64,000 nucleotides of DNA from Acidobacteriota bacterium (GTDB lineage Bacteria > Acidobacteriota > JAAYUB01). Positions 21,608 to 31,121 of the stretch are shown in pieces. The position numbers and the translations under genes were made by a program. Location: positions 1,713 through 65,712 of the forward strand of contig JAFGRT010000145.1 of assembly GCA_016935015.1 (NCBI GenBank), in the 5' to 3' direction. Numbering within the stretch: position 1 is the stretch's first letter; the number at the start of each line of letters is the position of its first letter. The notes under the pieces are model-generated. The model made no database searches. It worked only from the letters and a program-made list of their open reading frames with translations, and was not told where the DNA came from.

Positions 21608-22516
21608 ATGCCCATCCGGACCTATGAAGCGACGATACCGGCCGCGGCGGACCGGCAACCCCTCGACGACGTCCTCGCCCGGCTTTGGCCGCACCTGGCG
21701 TCGACGCAGCTCCGGCGGGTGGTCCGCGCCGGCGGCTGCTACGTCGACGGCCGGTGCTGCTGGGATGAAGAGCAACGCGTCGCGGCCGGCCAGCGCCTCA
21801 CCCTGGTGGTGGATGAGGAGCGGCCCATAAGACAAGATTCCCTTTCGCCCGGGGACATAATCTTTGAAGACCCGGATCTATTGGTGTTGCTGAAACCTTC
21901 GGGCCTACCGGTCAACCTGTCGGCTACCGGCGCTGAAGGGAGCCTGCAGACGGTGGTGGCCGGATACCTGGCCGGCCAAACGCCGGCCCATTCGCCGGAA
22001 GTGATCCACCGGCTGGATCGCCTGACCTCGGGTCTGGTGTTGTTCGGCAAGAACAAGCCGACGGAGCGACGGCTCTATGCTCTCTTCCGCGAGAACCGCA
22101 TCGCCAAAACCTATCTCGCCCTGGTGAGCCCCCCGCCGGCCGAGGCGGTCGGCCTCGTCGACCGGCCCCTGGCCGGCCGGCGCAACCGCTACCAGGTGGC
22201 GACCGTCGGCGGCCGGCCGGCCCTGACCCGCTACCGGACTGTGGGCGTCAATCCTGCCTCCGTGACTGCACTCCTCGATGTTCACCCCCTGACCGGCCGG
22301 ACCCACCAGATCCGCGTCCACCTGGCCTGGACGGGCAGCCCTGTCCTCGGCGACACGGTCTACGGCGGCCGTCCCTGGCCCGCCGGTTTCGGCCTCCACG
22401 CCTGGCGCCTGCAGCTGCCCCATCCGCGCAGCGGGGCCATGCTGAAGCTATCCGCACCGCCCCCGTCCGTCTGGACCGAAGATTTCTCCTGTTTGCTGGA
22501 TACATTACGGTCATAG
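21608..22516 (+). CDS. RluA/RluD-family pseudouridine synthase with S4 domain
   Basis: KPSGL, HRLDRLTSG, TGRTHQIRVHL, GDTVYG, LHA; ATG 21608 after GGGAG. Confidence 0.92.
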   Translation: MPIRTYEATIPAAADRQPLDDVLARLWPHLASTQLRRVVRAGGCYVDGRCCWDEEQRVAAGQRLTLVVDEERPIRQDSLSPGDIIFEDPDLLVLLKPSGLPVNLSATGAEGSLQTVVAGYLAGQTPAHSPEVIHRLDRLTSGLVLFGKNKPTERRLYALFRENRIAKTYLALVSPPPAEAVGLVDRPLAGRRNRYQVATVGGRPALTRYRTVGVNPASVTALLDVHPLTGRTHQIRVHLAWTGSPVLGDTVYGGRPWPAGFGLHAWRLQLPHPRSGAMLKLSAPPPSVWTEDFSCLLDTLRS

Positions 22517-22713
22517 CAGCCTTGCCCAGCCGCAGCCCCCTTTTGCACGTCAGGCTGCACGAACGTGGCCCGAACCGACGCATAATGCCAGCATCTTTTC
22601 CTGGACTGTTTTGGATTCTACCGGGGCCACCGCCGGCCAGGCCGCACCCCTCAGCCCCCACTGGCGCGCTGAACCGTCGCCGGGTGGCGCCTGGCGGGCA
22701 GGACCGGCCGACG

Positions 22714-23334
22714 TTATTTCACGGCCTTGATGACCACGAACGCCCCCTCCCCATAACCGTCCCGGATGGTCGCGGGCCGTTCCCGGGGATTCAGGGTTTG
22801 CAAAATATCCGTTACGGAAAAACCAGCGTCCTCTAGATAGCGAAGCACTTCCGGCGTCGAGAAAAAAGTGGCGTGCTGATAAAACCGGCTGCTCGTCCTG
22901 TTCGCGGCATACTGCCGGCCCAGGTCGCTCTCCTTGTCGACGAAGCCGACAAGGCTGCACCCACCGGTCTTCAGCACCCGGAACGCCTCCCGGAACGTGC
23001 AACCGACGTCATCCACAAAGCAGATGGTCGTCACCAGCAGCACGAAATCAACCTGCCCGCTCATGATGGGCAACTCTTCGGCGATGCCGCGACAGACGGC
23101 GACGCCCCGCCGGCTGGCTCGGCGGGCCATCTCGGTTGAGGGTTCAATCCCAATTCCGATCCCGAGCGGCGCCGCGAATTTCCCGGAGCCGACCCCAACT
23201 TCCAGCCCCTTCGCGTGCGGGGAGGGCAGCAGCCGGCGGATCACCGCCAATTCGGCGTGATACTCAGCCGCATGGCGGTCGAACCATTCGTCGTAGGCAT
23301 CACTATAAGTATCGAAGGCCTCCGTACGGGGCAT
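22714..23334 (-). CDS. Class I SAM-dependent methyltransferase
   Basis: YDEWF, LEVGVGSG, AEELP, EAFRVLKTGG. Confidence 0.9.
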   Translation of the reverse strand: MPRTEAFDTYSDAYDEWFDRHAAEYHAELAVIRRLLPSPHAKGLEVGVGSGKFAAPLGIGIGIEPSTEMARRASRRGVAVCRGIAEELPIMSGQVDFVLLVTTICFVDDVGCTFREAFRVLKTGGCSLVGFVDKESDLGRQYAANRTSSRFYQHATFFSTPEVLRYLEDAGFSVTDILQTLNPRERPATIRDGYGEGAFVVIKAVK

Positions 23335-23938
23335 TCGTCCCTCCCATCAGGCTCGTGTGTGGAGCAGCGAACGAGCGTGCCTCACGCACTCCCCTCACTA
23401 GAACATCCGTCACCATCGACCGGCTGGCAGACGCAGATACAGGCGGCGTTTCATTCGTGACTTCGTCTGCCGGGCCGGAATCCGGACATCCGTCTCCGCA
23501 GAACAAAAAGTTCCATACGGTGCGGATACTTCATGGGCGCACAGCTCAAGCGGTACAATTGTGGCTCTCCGCCGTTCAGATCCTCCTGCTCACCAAGGGA
23601 AGAGTGGACAATAGGGGTATCCTTCCTTGGGTTGAGTCATGCCATCAAAGATGGCCACTCTCATCTCCGCTGGTCTTTGGTTTCCTGGTTTCATCATTCG
23701 GGGCTGCCTCTGTGTCCGTTCCCGCCTTGAAGAAGGACGGATGAATTTCGAATCCGCGAGAGCAGCGGGAGAGTTACTACTCAGGAGCGGGGCGCCGGCT
23801 GGCCTTCAACGTGGGTTAGCGGGAATGCGCGGAAAGGTCCGGCGGGAGGATGTTCGGCTAGAATAATCCACCGTTCAGTCATGGCTGGGCAGGCCAAGCT
23901 GAGAAATTCACTGCACCGTGGCGACCAATCATCCGCGC

Positions 23939-24349
23939 CTAACCGAGGGCCTGGCGGACCTTCTCGTTGACAATTCCTTTTTCCACCGCAAGAAAGGCGA
24001 AAAACTTCTTCAGCGCCCGCCGCAGATCCTCGGGCTTGCCCGGTCCCAATACCTTCCGCCGCCACCACGACTGGAAGTGACTGTTGACCATGCCACGGGT
24101 GATTTCGGAAATATCCTGCACATCCGTGTACCGGCAGATGAAATCCACAAACAGGACGATGATGGATGCGTGCTTATTCGCCGTATGCTCTGTAAACCGA
24201 TCCAGGAGGTCGTCATGGAATTCCGTCGCCAGGTTCATCAGATAGTCACGGAAGGGGGCCCTTTCCCTTTCGGCGGCTTGCAGCATTTTGATGTATTCTT
24301 CCATACCGTCGCCCGGGATCAGCACCTTGCCCGAAAAAACTTTGGCCAT
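23939..24349 (-). CDS. Hypothetical helical protein, possibly a stand-alone integrase core-binding (SAM-like) domain
   Basis: ATG 24349 after GAGGA. The helical pattern TANKH...FVDF...ISEIT...LRRALKKFFAFL resembles tyrosine-recombinase N-terminal domains. No catalytic domain. Confidence 0.6.
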   Translation of the reverse strand: MAKVFSGKVLIPGDGMEEYIKMLQAAERERAPFRDYLMNLATEFHDDLLDRFTEHTANKHASIIVLFVDFICRYTDVQDISEITRGMVNSHFQSWWRRKVLGPGKPEDLRRALKKFFAFLAVEKGIVNEKVRQALG

Positions 24350-24457
24350 TCGACACTTCCTCAGATACATTTTCCATTTGTTGGATCGTTCTTCGCCCGT
24401 TTCTGGCACCGGTCCGGTCCGGACGGCGCCAGCAGCCGCGCGGGGGAAAGCACGTCT

Positions 24458-25126
24458 TTATTCATCAGCCCGCTCTTGTTTGATGGCCTCCCGGCAGAGA
24501 CGAAGATTCGTGCGGGCCAGCTTATACTCCGGATCCATGTCCACGGCCCGCGTCAACGTCTCGCGCGCTTCTTCAAGGCGACCGGCCTGAAAATAACTCC
24601 ATCCCAGGTCGTTGACATGTTTCTGATTCTCCGGCTCCAACTCAACGGCCCTCCGGGAGGCGGCGATGGCTTCCTCATGTCGTTCCAGATGTCCCGCGCA
24701 ACAACTCAACCCCTGGTGCAGTATCGAATCATCGGGAAACCGCACGACCGCCGCCTGGTATAACTCCAGGCCGTCCGCATATTGATCGCTTTCTATCAGA
24801 AAATCCCCCGCTTCGTCGATGATTTCCGCCAGCTCCTCCGCGCCGCCCGCCATCGTATCCGCCGGCAGGGAAACCAACGAGAGAAAAAGCTCCCTGCCCA
24901 AGTGTTCCTCTTGTTGCTGATATTTTACGGATCCCAGCGTGAGAATCGCCGGGGCATACTCCGGATCGATTTCCACCGCATTCTCCAGGGCGTGGATACA
25001 TGCCTTCATGTTCCCCAACCCCGACATGAATATGCTTTGAGCGTATTCGGACTCGGCCCAAAATCTCTTTTCAGAATAGGCACGATGGCTGTGTTTGGAT
25101 GTCGATTTTTTCGATTTTTCTTTCAA
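24458..25126 (-). CDS. Tetratricopeptide repeat protein
   Basis: Repeated TPR motifs (AVEIDPEY, AVVRFPDD, AVELEPEN, AVDMDPEY); TTG start uncertain. Confidence 0.8.
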   Translation of the reverse strand: MKEKSKKSTSKHSHRAYSEKRFWAESEYAQSIFMSGLGNMKACIHALENAVEIDPEYAPAILTLGSVKYQQQEEHLGRELFLSLVSLPADTMAGGAEELAEIIDEAGDFLIESDQYADGLELYQAAVVRFPDDSILHQGLSCCAGHLERHEEAIAASRRAVELEPENQKHVNDLGWSYFQAGRLEEARETLTRAVDMDPEYKLARTNLRLCREAIKQERADE

Positions 25127-25410
25127 AACACGATACTCCCATCGACTTTCAGGATTGGGAACGCATGACGGGTCGGGCGACGGCCGACGTTCCCTGCCGG
25201 ATCGCGCTTTTGTTTTACACCTTGTCGCCGTTGATGACGGAACGGAAACTCAAAACAAAAACGATCCGTACAGCATTCATACGCCATCCCGATGACCGCT
25301 GTCAACGGGAAAGCCTTTTTCGCCGGCAATCCGATCGGCCGCTCCGTCACCCTTCCGTCAGGCAGGGAAGGTCTTCGGCCCATGACGGCAGGTGCGGCAA
25401 GGAATAGGGG

Positions 25411-25947
25411 CTACGGTCCGCCGGCGGAATCGTCGCCCGGGGCGGCTGCGGGATGGCGCGGAGCCAGATAGAGCGGGATGCTGAACAGCAGAAAGAACAG
25501 GTTTTCCAGGATCTTGGGCAGGCCCACCCGCTGGGCGGTGAGGGGACCGAAACAGCCGCAGTTGGCGTCGATGCCGCGGACCATGGTCACGGCCAGCAGC
25601 CCGATGAAAAATACCAGCAGCCCGCTCAAGATGAACAGGGCGCCGCGCTGGAAATGCCGGTAAAAGAACCAGCCGAGGCGGCCGAGCCGGCTCGTCCGCT
25701 GCGGGGCACGGTCACCGACATGCCACAGGCCGAGGATAAGCAGGAGACCGGCCAGCAGCTCGATCCAGGGCAGCGTTACGGCCACGGCGTTGATGAACGG
25801 CACGGGGAGGGGCATTTTGTAGTTGGCGATCTCCCGGGCGAACGTGGCCGCGTCGGGGATCTTGAACACGGCGGCGGCCACGAAGAGCCCGCCCAGCACC
25901 AACCGGCAGGTAAATATTATTGCTTGTATGACGGTCCGATGTGACAT
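25411..25947 (-). CDS. MauE/DoxX-family membrane protein
   Basis: RLVLGGLFVAAAVFKI, LPWIELLAGLLL, RGIDANCGCFG. Confidence 0.88.
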   Translation of the reverse strand: MSHRTVIQAIIFTCRLVLGGLFVAAAVFKIPDAATFAREIANYKMPLPVPFINAVAVTLPWIELLAGLLLILGLWHVGDRAPQRTSRLGRLGWFFYRHFQRGALFILSGLLVFFIGLLAVTMVRGIDANCGCFGPLTAQRVGLPKILENLFFLLFSIPLYLAPRHPAAAPGDDSAGGP

Positions 25948-25951
25948 GACA

Positions 25952-26425
25952 TCAATCCCATTCGATGGGGTAGCCGGCGCCCATCCATTCGTTCCAGCCA
26001 CCATAAAACACCCGGACGTCCCGATAGCCGGCCTCGGCCAGTTCCCGCGCCACGGTGAGAGATGAAACACAGTCCTGGCCGTCACAGTAAACGACCACCG
26101 GCACGGCGGTGGGGATTATGTGGCGGAATTCCGGCAGCTGCGCCGCCACGGTATGTTCGGGCATGTTGAACGCCCCTTCGATGCGCCCCTCGCTGAAGAG
26201 GTCCGGCGGGCGGGCGTCCACGAAGACCACCGCACCCGAGGCAAACTCGCTGTAGGCCTGATCCAGCGAAATGGTGGGCAAGTTCGCCTGGGCCGCCTCC
26301 TCTTTCACGTTCGTTACCGGATTGTGGCCGGTGATAGAGATGCCCGAGGGACTGAACTGGTTGAACAGGAAACCGAACATCCATCCCAGCAGAACAATCA
26401 GTGCCGTCTGGCGCAGGTACATCAT
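25952..26425 (-). CDS. Membrane-anchored rhodanese-like domain protein
   Basis: N-terminal TM helix, FVDARP, GRIEGA, VVYCDGQDC, GGWNEW...GYP; 4 bp from the DoxX gene. Confidence 0.9.
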   Translation of the reverse strand: MMYLRQTALIVLLGWMFGFLFNQFSPSGISITGHNPVTNVKEEAAQANLPTISLDQAYSEFASGAVVFVDARPPDLFSEGRIEGAFNMPEHTVAAQLPEFRHIIPTAVPVVVYCDGQDCVSSLTVARELAEAGYRDVRVFYGGWNEWMGAGYPIEWD

Positions 26426-26493
26426 GGTCGCACACCTCAAAAGGCAAAATTATACACTATGATGATGCAAAAGAAAGGGTGGATGAAAAAAAA

Positions 26494-27933
26494 TCAGAAG
26501 CGGGAACGGGCCAGGGTGTCAAGGATCTTGTAGTGGCGTTCCAGCACCATTTCGCGGAGTTCCTTGAATTTTTCGTAAGGGATGATGTTGTCGAAGGAGA
26601 TGGCCGAACCGCCCTTGCCGTTGTAGACCACCTTGCCCCGCGTTTCGGTCTCGAAGCCGCTTTCCCGATCGAAAAGAGCGATGCGGGAGTTAGTGAAGAT
26701 GGGCACGATGCGGTGGGTTTTGACGTAAGTCCCGCCGACGCTGATGGGTTTGGCCCGGGTGTGTTCCACATCGTCGTCGAATTCGGCGCGGCATTCGAGT
26801 CCCATGGGCAGACGGATGAAGCGGCGCCGGTTCTCGCGTACCTTGGACAGGATGAATTCCATGTTCAACACATTCTCGGGCGTCAGCTCGTTGATGTACT
26901 CGCAACCGGGGAAGAGCAGCGACGAGTCCTTCATCACCTGGAAGAACTTGCCGTCGGCGAAAATGATGAACGGCGCCCCGCTGGTGGGCTGGTGCAGCTT
27001 GTGTTCGACAATGGTATGCAGCAGCTGATGATCGGCGAAATCCACGTGCAGCACGAAGGAGGCGAAATTGGATTTTTCCCGCGCCAGGTATTTCTGCAGC
27101 AGATTGATGTCCTTGATCTGGATCACCCGGTAATGCCGCATGGCCTTGCCCAGCCGCTGCGACACCACGCTGTCGCGCGAAAAGATGATCCATAGCAATT
27201 CCCCGTCGTCCCGCGGACCGTTCATGTGACGGGGCATCTCCAGGCGTTCCAGCTTCTCCTGCAGGGAGGCGATAAAGCGGTCGAATATGGACTTTACGCC
27301 GCGGTACCACTCTGTCTCCAGCGGCCGGCCGTCCTGGATGAGGGACCAGCTGATCTTGCCGGTCAGGTCCTCGTTGTAACGGGTATGATGGTTTTCCCAG
27401 TGAAAGCTCAATCCCTGGCGGATGGCCTCCTGAAAGGCCAGTTGCAGGAAAAGATCGCGGAAGGAATCGTTGGGGAAACGGATAATGATGTCTTCCTCGA
27501 AGGTCATCCGGTTCTCGGCCTTGTGCAGGATGCATTCCCGGTAATCGCCGATGTGCACGAAAAAGGACTGGAGCGTATAGAGCAGGCGCTGAAACACGGG
27601 CCGGGCCTTGGCATAGTAGCTGTTCATGTCGAGCCCCAGCATGGAGAGCTTCTTGTAGCGGATGTAGTTGATCTTGCGCGGTTCGATGTCGCAGTTCAGC
27701 TCCTTGAGGGCGGCCAGGCAGCGGATGGCCATGGTGGCATTGCCAAGGGCCGTCTCATCGTAGAGATACTCCAGCAGACGCGGCAGTTTGAGGATGTCCT
27801 CCACCAGGGTGATATCCACATCGTAGCCGGACCGCTTCAGCTTCAGCAGCTGGCCGATGCCGGTAAACACCTTGCCGTTGAGCACGGACAGGCGGGTCTT
27901 CTCGATTTCGGTCATGAGGAAGGCGATATCCAT
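26494..27933 (-). CDS. Hypothetical protein with C-terminal PilZ domain
   Basis: ENRRRFIR (RxxxR) and ISVGG motifs near the C-terminus; N-terminal region unrecognised. Confidence 0.7.
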   Translation of the reverse strand: MDIAFLMTEIEKTRLSVLNGKVFTGIGQLLKLKRSGYDVDITLVEDILKLPRLLEYLYDETALGNATMAIRCLAALKELNCDIEPRKINYIRYKKLSMLGLDMNSYYAKARPVFQRLLYTLQSFFVHIGDYRECILHKAENRMTFEEDIIIRFPNDSFRDLFLQLAFQEAIRQGLSFHWENHHTRYNEDLTGKISWSLIQDGRPLETEWYRGVKSIFDRFIASLQEKLERLEMPRHMNGPRDDGELLWIIFSRDSVVSQRLGKAMRHYRVIQIKDINLLQKYLAREKSNFASFVLHVDFADHQLLHTIVEHKLHQPTSGAPFIIFADGKFFQVMKDSSLLFPGCEYINELTPENVLNMEFILSKVRENRRRFIRLPMGLECRAEFDDDVEHTRAKPISVGGTYVKTHRIVPIFTNSRIALFDRESGFETETRGKVVYNGKGGSAISFDNIIPYEKFKELREMVLERHYKILDTLARSRF

Positions 27934-28136
27934 GACGCACTACCCCTCCGAGCAGTAGTTCCATTCTACCAGCACCCCACATCCACGAGTATGATCTATA
28001 TCACATTTCCCAATTAAAATCAGCGTGAAAGAAAGAATACCCCTCGGCACCACCGGAGGGTGTGGCCGGCTGGCAACCGGTGCCGGCGCGGATGGACGGA
28101 AAGCCCCACGAACGGCGGCGGCACACCAAAAAGGGC

Positions 28137-28165
28137 TTGACAAATTAGGGCGAAACGTCTATATA
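28137..28165 (+). promoter_or_regulatory. Putative sigma70 promoter of the tRNA
   Basis: TTGACA-N17-TATATA, 13 bp upstream of the tRNA. Confidence 0.55.
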
Positions 28166-28178
28166 GGATACTTCGCGC

Positions 28179-28252
28179 TGGGAGGTCGTCTAATGGTAGG
28201 ACTGCGGACTCTGGATCCGCCTATCGGGGTTCGAATCCCTGCCTCCCAGCCA
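28179..28252 (+). tRNA. tRNA-Gln (anticodon CTG)
   Basis: TGGGAGG/CCTCCCA acceptor stem, GCGGA-CTCTGGA-TCCGC anticodon arm, GGTTCGAATCC T-arm, encoded CCA. Confidence 0.97.
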
Positions 28253-28265
28253 TAATTCGAACCCT

Positions 28266-28295
28266 AAGCCGCCGGCGACGGCGGCTTTTCTTTTT
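28266..28295 (+). terminator. Rho-independent terminator after the tRNA
   Basis: AAGCCGCCG-GCGA-CGGCGGCTT followed by TTCTTTTT. Confidence 0.85.
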
Positions 28296-28417
28296 CCCCT
28301 CTCATGCATCTCGGTGGGCATCATCCGGCAGCCCTTCTTCTTCCCTCCAGGAAACGGAGGAGCAGGACTCTTCGGGGGCATATCAGTCGGCCGCTCCTCA
28401 GGTTCCCGCCACCCGGA

Positions 28418-28963
28418 TCAGCCACGAAAACTCCGGCGCCAGTCGGCCAGGCGGCAGATGACTGCCCGCCAGAGCACGGACCTCAGCCAGCCCCGCAGGA
28501 CCACCGCCTGATGCACCACCCGCCGCCAGGGTGACAGGCAATCCATGGTGCGAGTGTAGCCGCCCGCCTTGCCCCGCTCGATCAGGCCAACCCGCCCCAG
28601 CACGGATGCCGCCGCCACGGGCAGATCCGGCGTCAGCAATGCGTCGCCCCGGGTAAGATAGGCCCGGTCGTCGCGCCGGCGGATGCGGACCAGACGGTGC
28701 AGTTTCAGATGGCCGGTCTCATCCCGGATCAGAAGGATGTCGCCCCGCCGCACCGCCGCGGCCGCCACCGGCTCGATGGTCACCCGGTCGCCCGAGCGGA
28801 CGGCCGGGCGCATGCTGTTGCCCGTCACCCGGACCCGCACCCGGACGCCCCGGTCCAGGATGTCAGGCAGAAGGTCCGCGCCCGCCGCACCGGCGCCGTT
28901 CAGTCGCAGCGCGTCGTCTCCGACCACATCATGACCGGTTCTTGAGATAGGCATCGAGGACAT
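28418..28963 (-). CDS. S24/S26-family peptidase without a membrane anchor (RiPP-cluster peptidase)
   Basis: VTGNSMRP (Ser), GDI, LHRL (His), TRGD...D; overlaps the kinase stop. Confidence 0.85.
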   Translation of the reverse strand: MSSMPISRTGHDVVGDDALRLNGAGAAGADLLPDILDRGVRVRVRVTGNSMRPAVRSGDRVTIEPVAAAAVRRGDILLIRDETGHLKLHRLVRIRRRDDRAYLTRGDALLTPDLPVAAASVLGRVGLIERGKAGGYTRTMDCLSPWRRVVHQAVVLRGWLRSVLWRAVICRLADWRRSFRG

Positions 28964-29828
28964 GGGCGATTTCCCGTGTGGGTCGGAACGAAATCCGGGC
29001 CACCGGCACGCCGGTTACCAGGTGGTCACAAAACGACAACACTGGTCCCAGCAACTCTTCATCATACCAGGGAACGGTCGCTGTCGGCAACAGCAGCGGC
29101 AACGCCGCCGGCGGATTCATGGCCCGGATCTCATCCATCGGTGCCTGCTGCAAGAACAGCACGCCGCCGAGGGGCACGCCGCGGTTGACAGCCACCCCCG
29201 CCTCACCCGGCCAGGGGGTGCCGTACGCCCGGAGTTCGCCGTTCAATTTTCTGACGATCACCCGGTCGTCGCTCAGCTGGAGCCAGTCGGCGCGGGCGGC
29301 CAGCTGGCGCGCCAGGGTGCTCTTGCCGGCCCCGGAGCGACCGGGGAAAATGTACCCGCGGCCGGCGATGACAACCCCCGCCGCATGGACGATGAGCCCC
29401 TCCCGGCCGGCGAGATAGTGCATCAACAGCAGCTGGTCCAGGGGATAGCGCACCGGATAGTAGGGCTGGACCGACACCGGCACCGCCAGGGGGCGGCAGC
29501 CGATCTCCACCCGGGTGAACCCGGCGTTCAGCCGGGCTGTCCACAACGGCTCGGCGAAGGCAGGGGGCTGCAGGACCAGCAGGCGGTCGCTCCCGTCCCG
29601 CCACATGGACCAGGACTGTTGGCTGTCGAAAATCCTTTGATAACGGGCGATTTCCTTTCCCGGAACCGGTTGGGAAGTGACATCGACCTCGATATGAGCA
29701 CTCGCGGCAGGCACCGTCGGAACACGAAAGCGATCATAGACGGGATCGGAATCTGACACGGGCATCCCACCACGGACAATGATGGTGAGGATCACATCGG
29801 CGATAGAGATAGTGATGGAATCAGCCAT
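28929..29828 (-). CDS. HprK-related P-loop kinase (RiPP-cluster type)
   Basis: HAAGV, GRSGAGKST (Walker A), LSDD, YGTPWPG. Confidence 0.85.
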   Translation of the reverse strand: MADSITISIADVILTIIVRGGMPVSDSDPVYDRFRVPTVPAASAHIEVDVTSQPVPGKEIARYQRIFDSQQSWSMWRDGSDRLLVLQPPAFAEPLWTARLNAGFTRVEIGCRPLAVPVSVQPYYPVRYPLDQLLLMHYLAGREGLIVHAAGVVIAGRGYIFPGRSGAGKSTLARQLAARADWLQLSDDRVIVRKLNGELRAYGTPWPGEAGVAVNRGVPLGGVLFLQQAPMDEIRAMNPPAALPLLLPTATVPWYDEELLGPVLSFCDHLVTGVPVARISFRPTREIAHVLDAYLKNRS

Positions 29829-29851
29829 TCGTGCAGGACACACTCCGGCCT

Positions 29852-30022
29852 TCAGGAACCCAGCGACGAACAACCGGTGGCGTTGCAGGGCGAGCTTAAC
29901 GGCGCCGAATCGCCCGCGTTTTTGCAGCCCGTGCCGAGAATTTCGTCAGCGACCAGTTCGATCTTGATCAGCTGTGGTTTTTCATACGGTAATTTGGTTT
30001 CCGCTGGACTTTCATTCTTCAT
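29852..30022 (-). CDS. Putative RiPP precursor peptide, 56 aa
   Basis: MKNESPAETKLPYEKPQLIKIELVADEILGTGCKNAGDSAPLSSPCNATGCSSLGS. YxxPxL leader motif, three Cys in a G/S-rich core. ATG 30022 with AAGGA 10 nt upstream, overlapping the rSAM stop. Confidence 0.85.
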   Translation of the reverse strand: MKNESPAETKLPYEKPQLIKIELVADEILGTGCKNAGDSAPLSSPCNATGCSSLGS

Positions 30023-31121
30023 CACAACCATATCCTTCACAATAGGTTTCGAGGCTTTCCCGGCGATGATGTCCCACCGCGCACAGAAACTCGGATGGCT
30101 GGTGTTCATCGCCGGTCTCCAAGGTAAAAAAGGCCGGGCAATAGCCGCACAGGAACCAGGCCTCACAATCGGTGCAAGGGGAATCCGGCCGCAGGGTCCG
30201 GGTTCGGATGTCGGCCAGGGTGCCGGTCCAACCGTCGAAAAACGAAACGGTCCGCAAGTCGGCCGTCAGGGCGTCCATCAGCAGGCACGGCTGCAGCCGG
30301 CCGGTAGCGGTGACATGAAACGTGGTCATGCCGGCGCCGCAGGGGTAAAGACGCGACGTCCGCGGTACCGCCTGCATCCGCTTGCGAAAATCCAGCCACC
30401 TCTCCCGCCGCTCGGGGGAGGCCAGCTCGCGAGCCACGGCTTCGGCCGGCGGCACGCGCAGCTGCACCGGTGACCGGTCGCCGTTGAAGCGTGGAAACAG
30501 GGCGGCGTCGAAGCGAAAGGGCACGTGCAGGTCGGCGGCCAGCTGCTCCAGGGCGGTGAGTTCATGGGCGTTTTCCGTCATCAGGATGGTTTTGAGTTTC
30601 ACCCGCAGCTGACGATCCATGAGCCGCCGCACATTGCGCAGTGTGCGGTCATGCGAGCCGGCCACTCCGGTGATCCGCTCATGAGTGGCGGCGGTGGCGC
30701 CGTAAAGGGTGATCTCCACGGCCAGGGGTGGAAACTCCGTCAGCAGGTCCAAATGATCCACCGGCAGATGACAACCGCTGCTGAACACGGTGACGATGAG
30801 ACCCGCACTCCGCGCCTGTCGGTAAATGGCATCGAAATCGGGGTGCACCAGCGGCTCGCCGCCCGTCAGCAACAAATACAGACAACCGGCCTGCCGGATC
30901 TCGTCGATGAGTTCCAGCCAGCGCCGGGTGGGCAGTTCCCCCGCCGATGGCGTCGCGGAACGGCCAGGCTCGGCCGCGTAGCAGTGCAGACAGCGCAGGG
31001 GGCAGCGGCGCGTCAGTTCCAGGCTGCCGGAAACAGGCACGCGCTGGCGGAACACCTTTTCGCTGAGGTTTTTCCAAAAATACAGCGCGGTGGGTGGATT
31101 TGTCCGGAGGCAGTCCGTCAC
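30012..31121 (-). CDS. Radical SAM/SPASM-domain peptide maturase
   Basis: CPLRCLHC; TGGEP; SPASM CGAG...QPC and CTDCEAWFLCGYC...C; GTGA overlap with the PqqD gene. Confidence 0.93.
   Translation of the reverse strand: MTDCLRTNPPTALYFWKNLSEKVFRQRVPVSGSLELTRRCPLRCLHCYAAEPGRSATPSAGELPTRRWLELIDEIRQAGCLYLLLTGGEPLVHPDFDAIYRQARSAGLIVTVFSSGCHLPVDHLDLLTEFPPLAVEITLYGATAATHERITGVAGSHDRTLRNVRRLMDRQLRVKLKTILMTENAHELTALEQLAADLHVPFRFDAALFPRFNGDRSPVQLRVPPAEAVARELASPERRERWLDFRKRMQAVPRTSRLYPCGAGMTTFHVTATGRLQPCLLMDALTADLRTVSFFDGWTGTLADIRTRTLRPDSPCTDCEAWFLCGYCPAFFTLETGDEHQPSEFLCAVGHHRRESLETYCEGYGCDEE

Noticed and set aside
23500-23900. Short ORFs or ncRNA in the gap upstream of the methyltransferase
   Set aside because: No RBS-supported ORF with recognisable motifs and no identifiable RNA family signature
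29852-29854. Selenocysteine readthrough of the precursor's TGA stop
   Set aside because: Readthrough would run out of frame into the kinase gene, and no convincing SECIS was seen
29852-30022. Classical lasso peptide
   Set aside because: The leader motif fits, but there is no asparagine-synthetase-like cyclase or B2 protease in the operon
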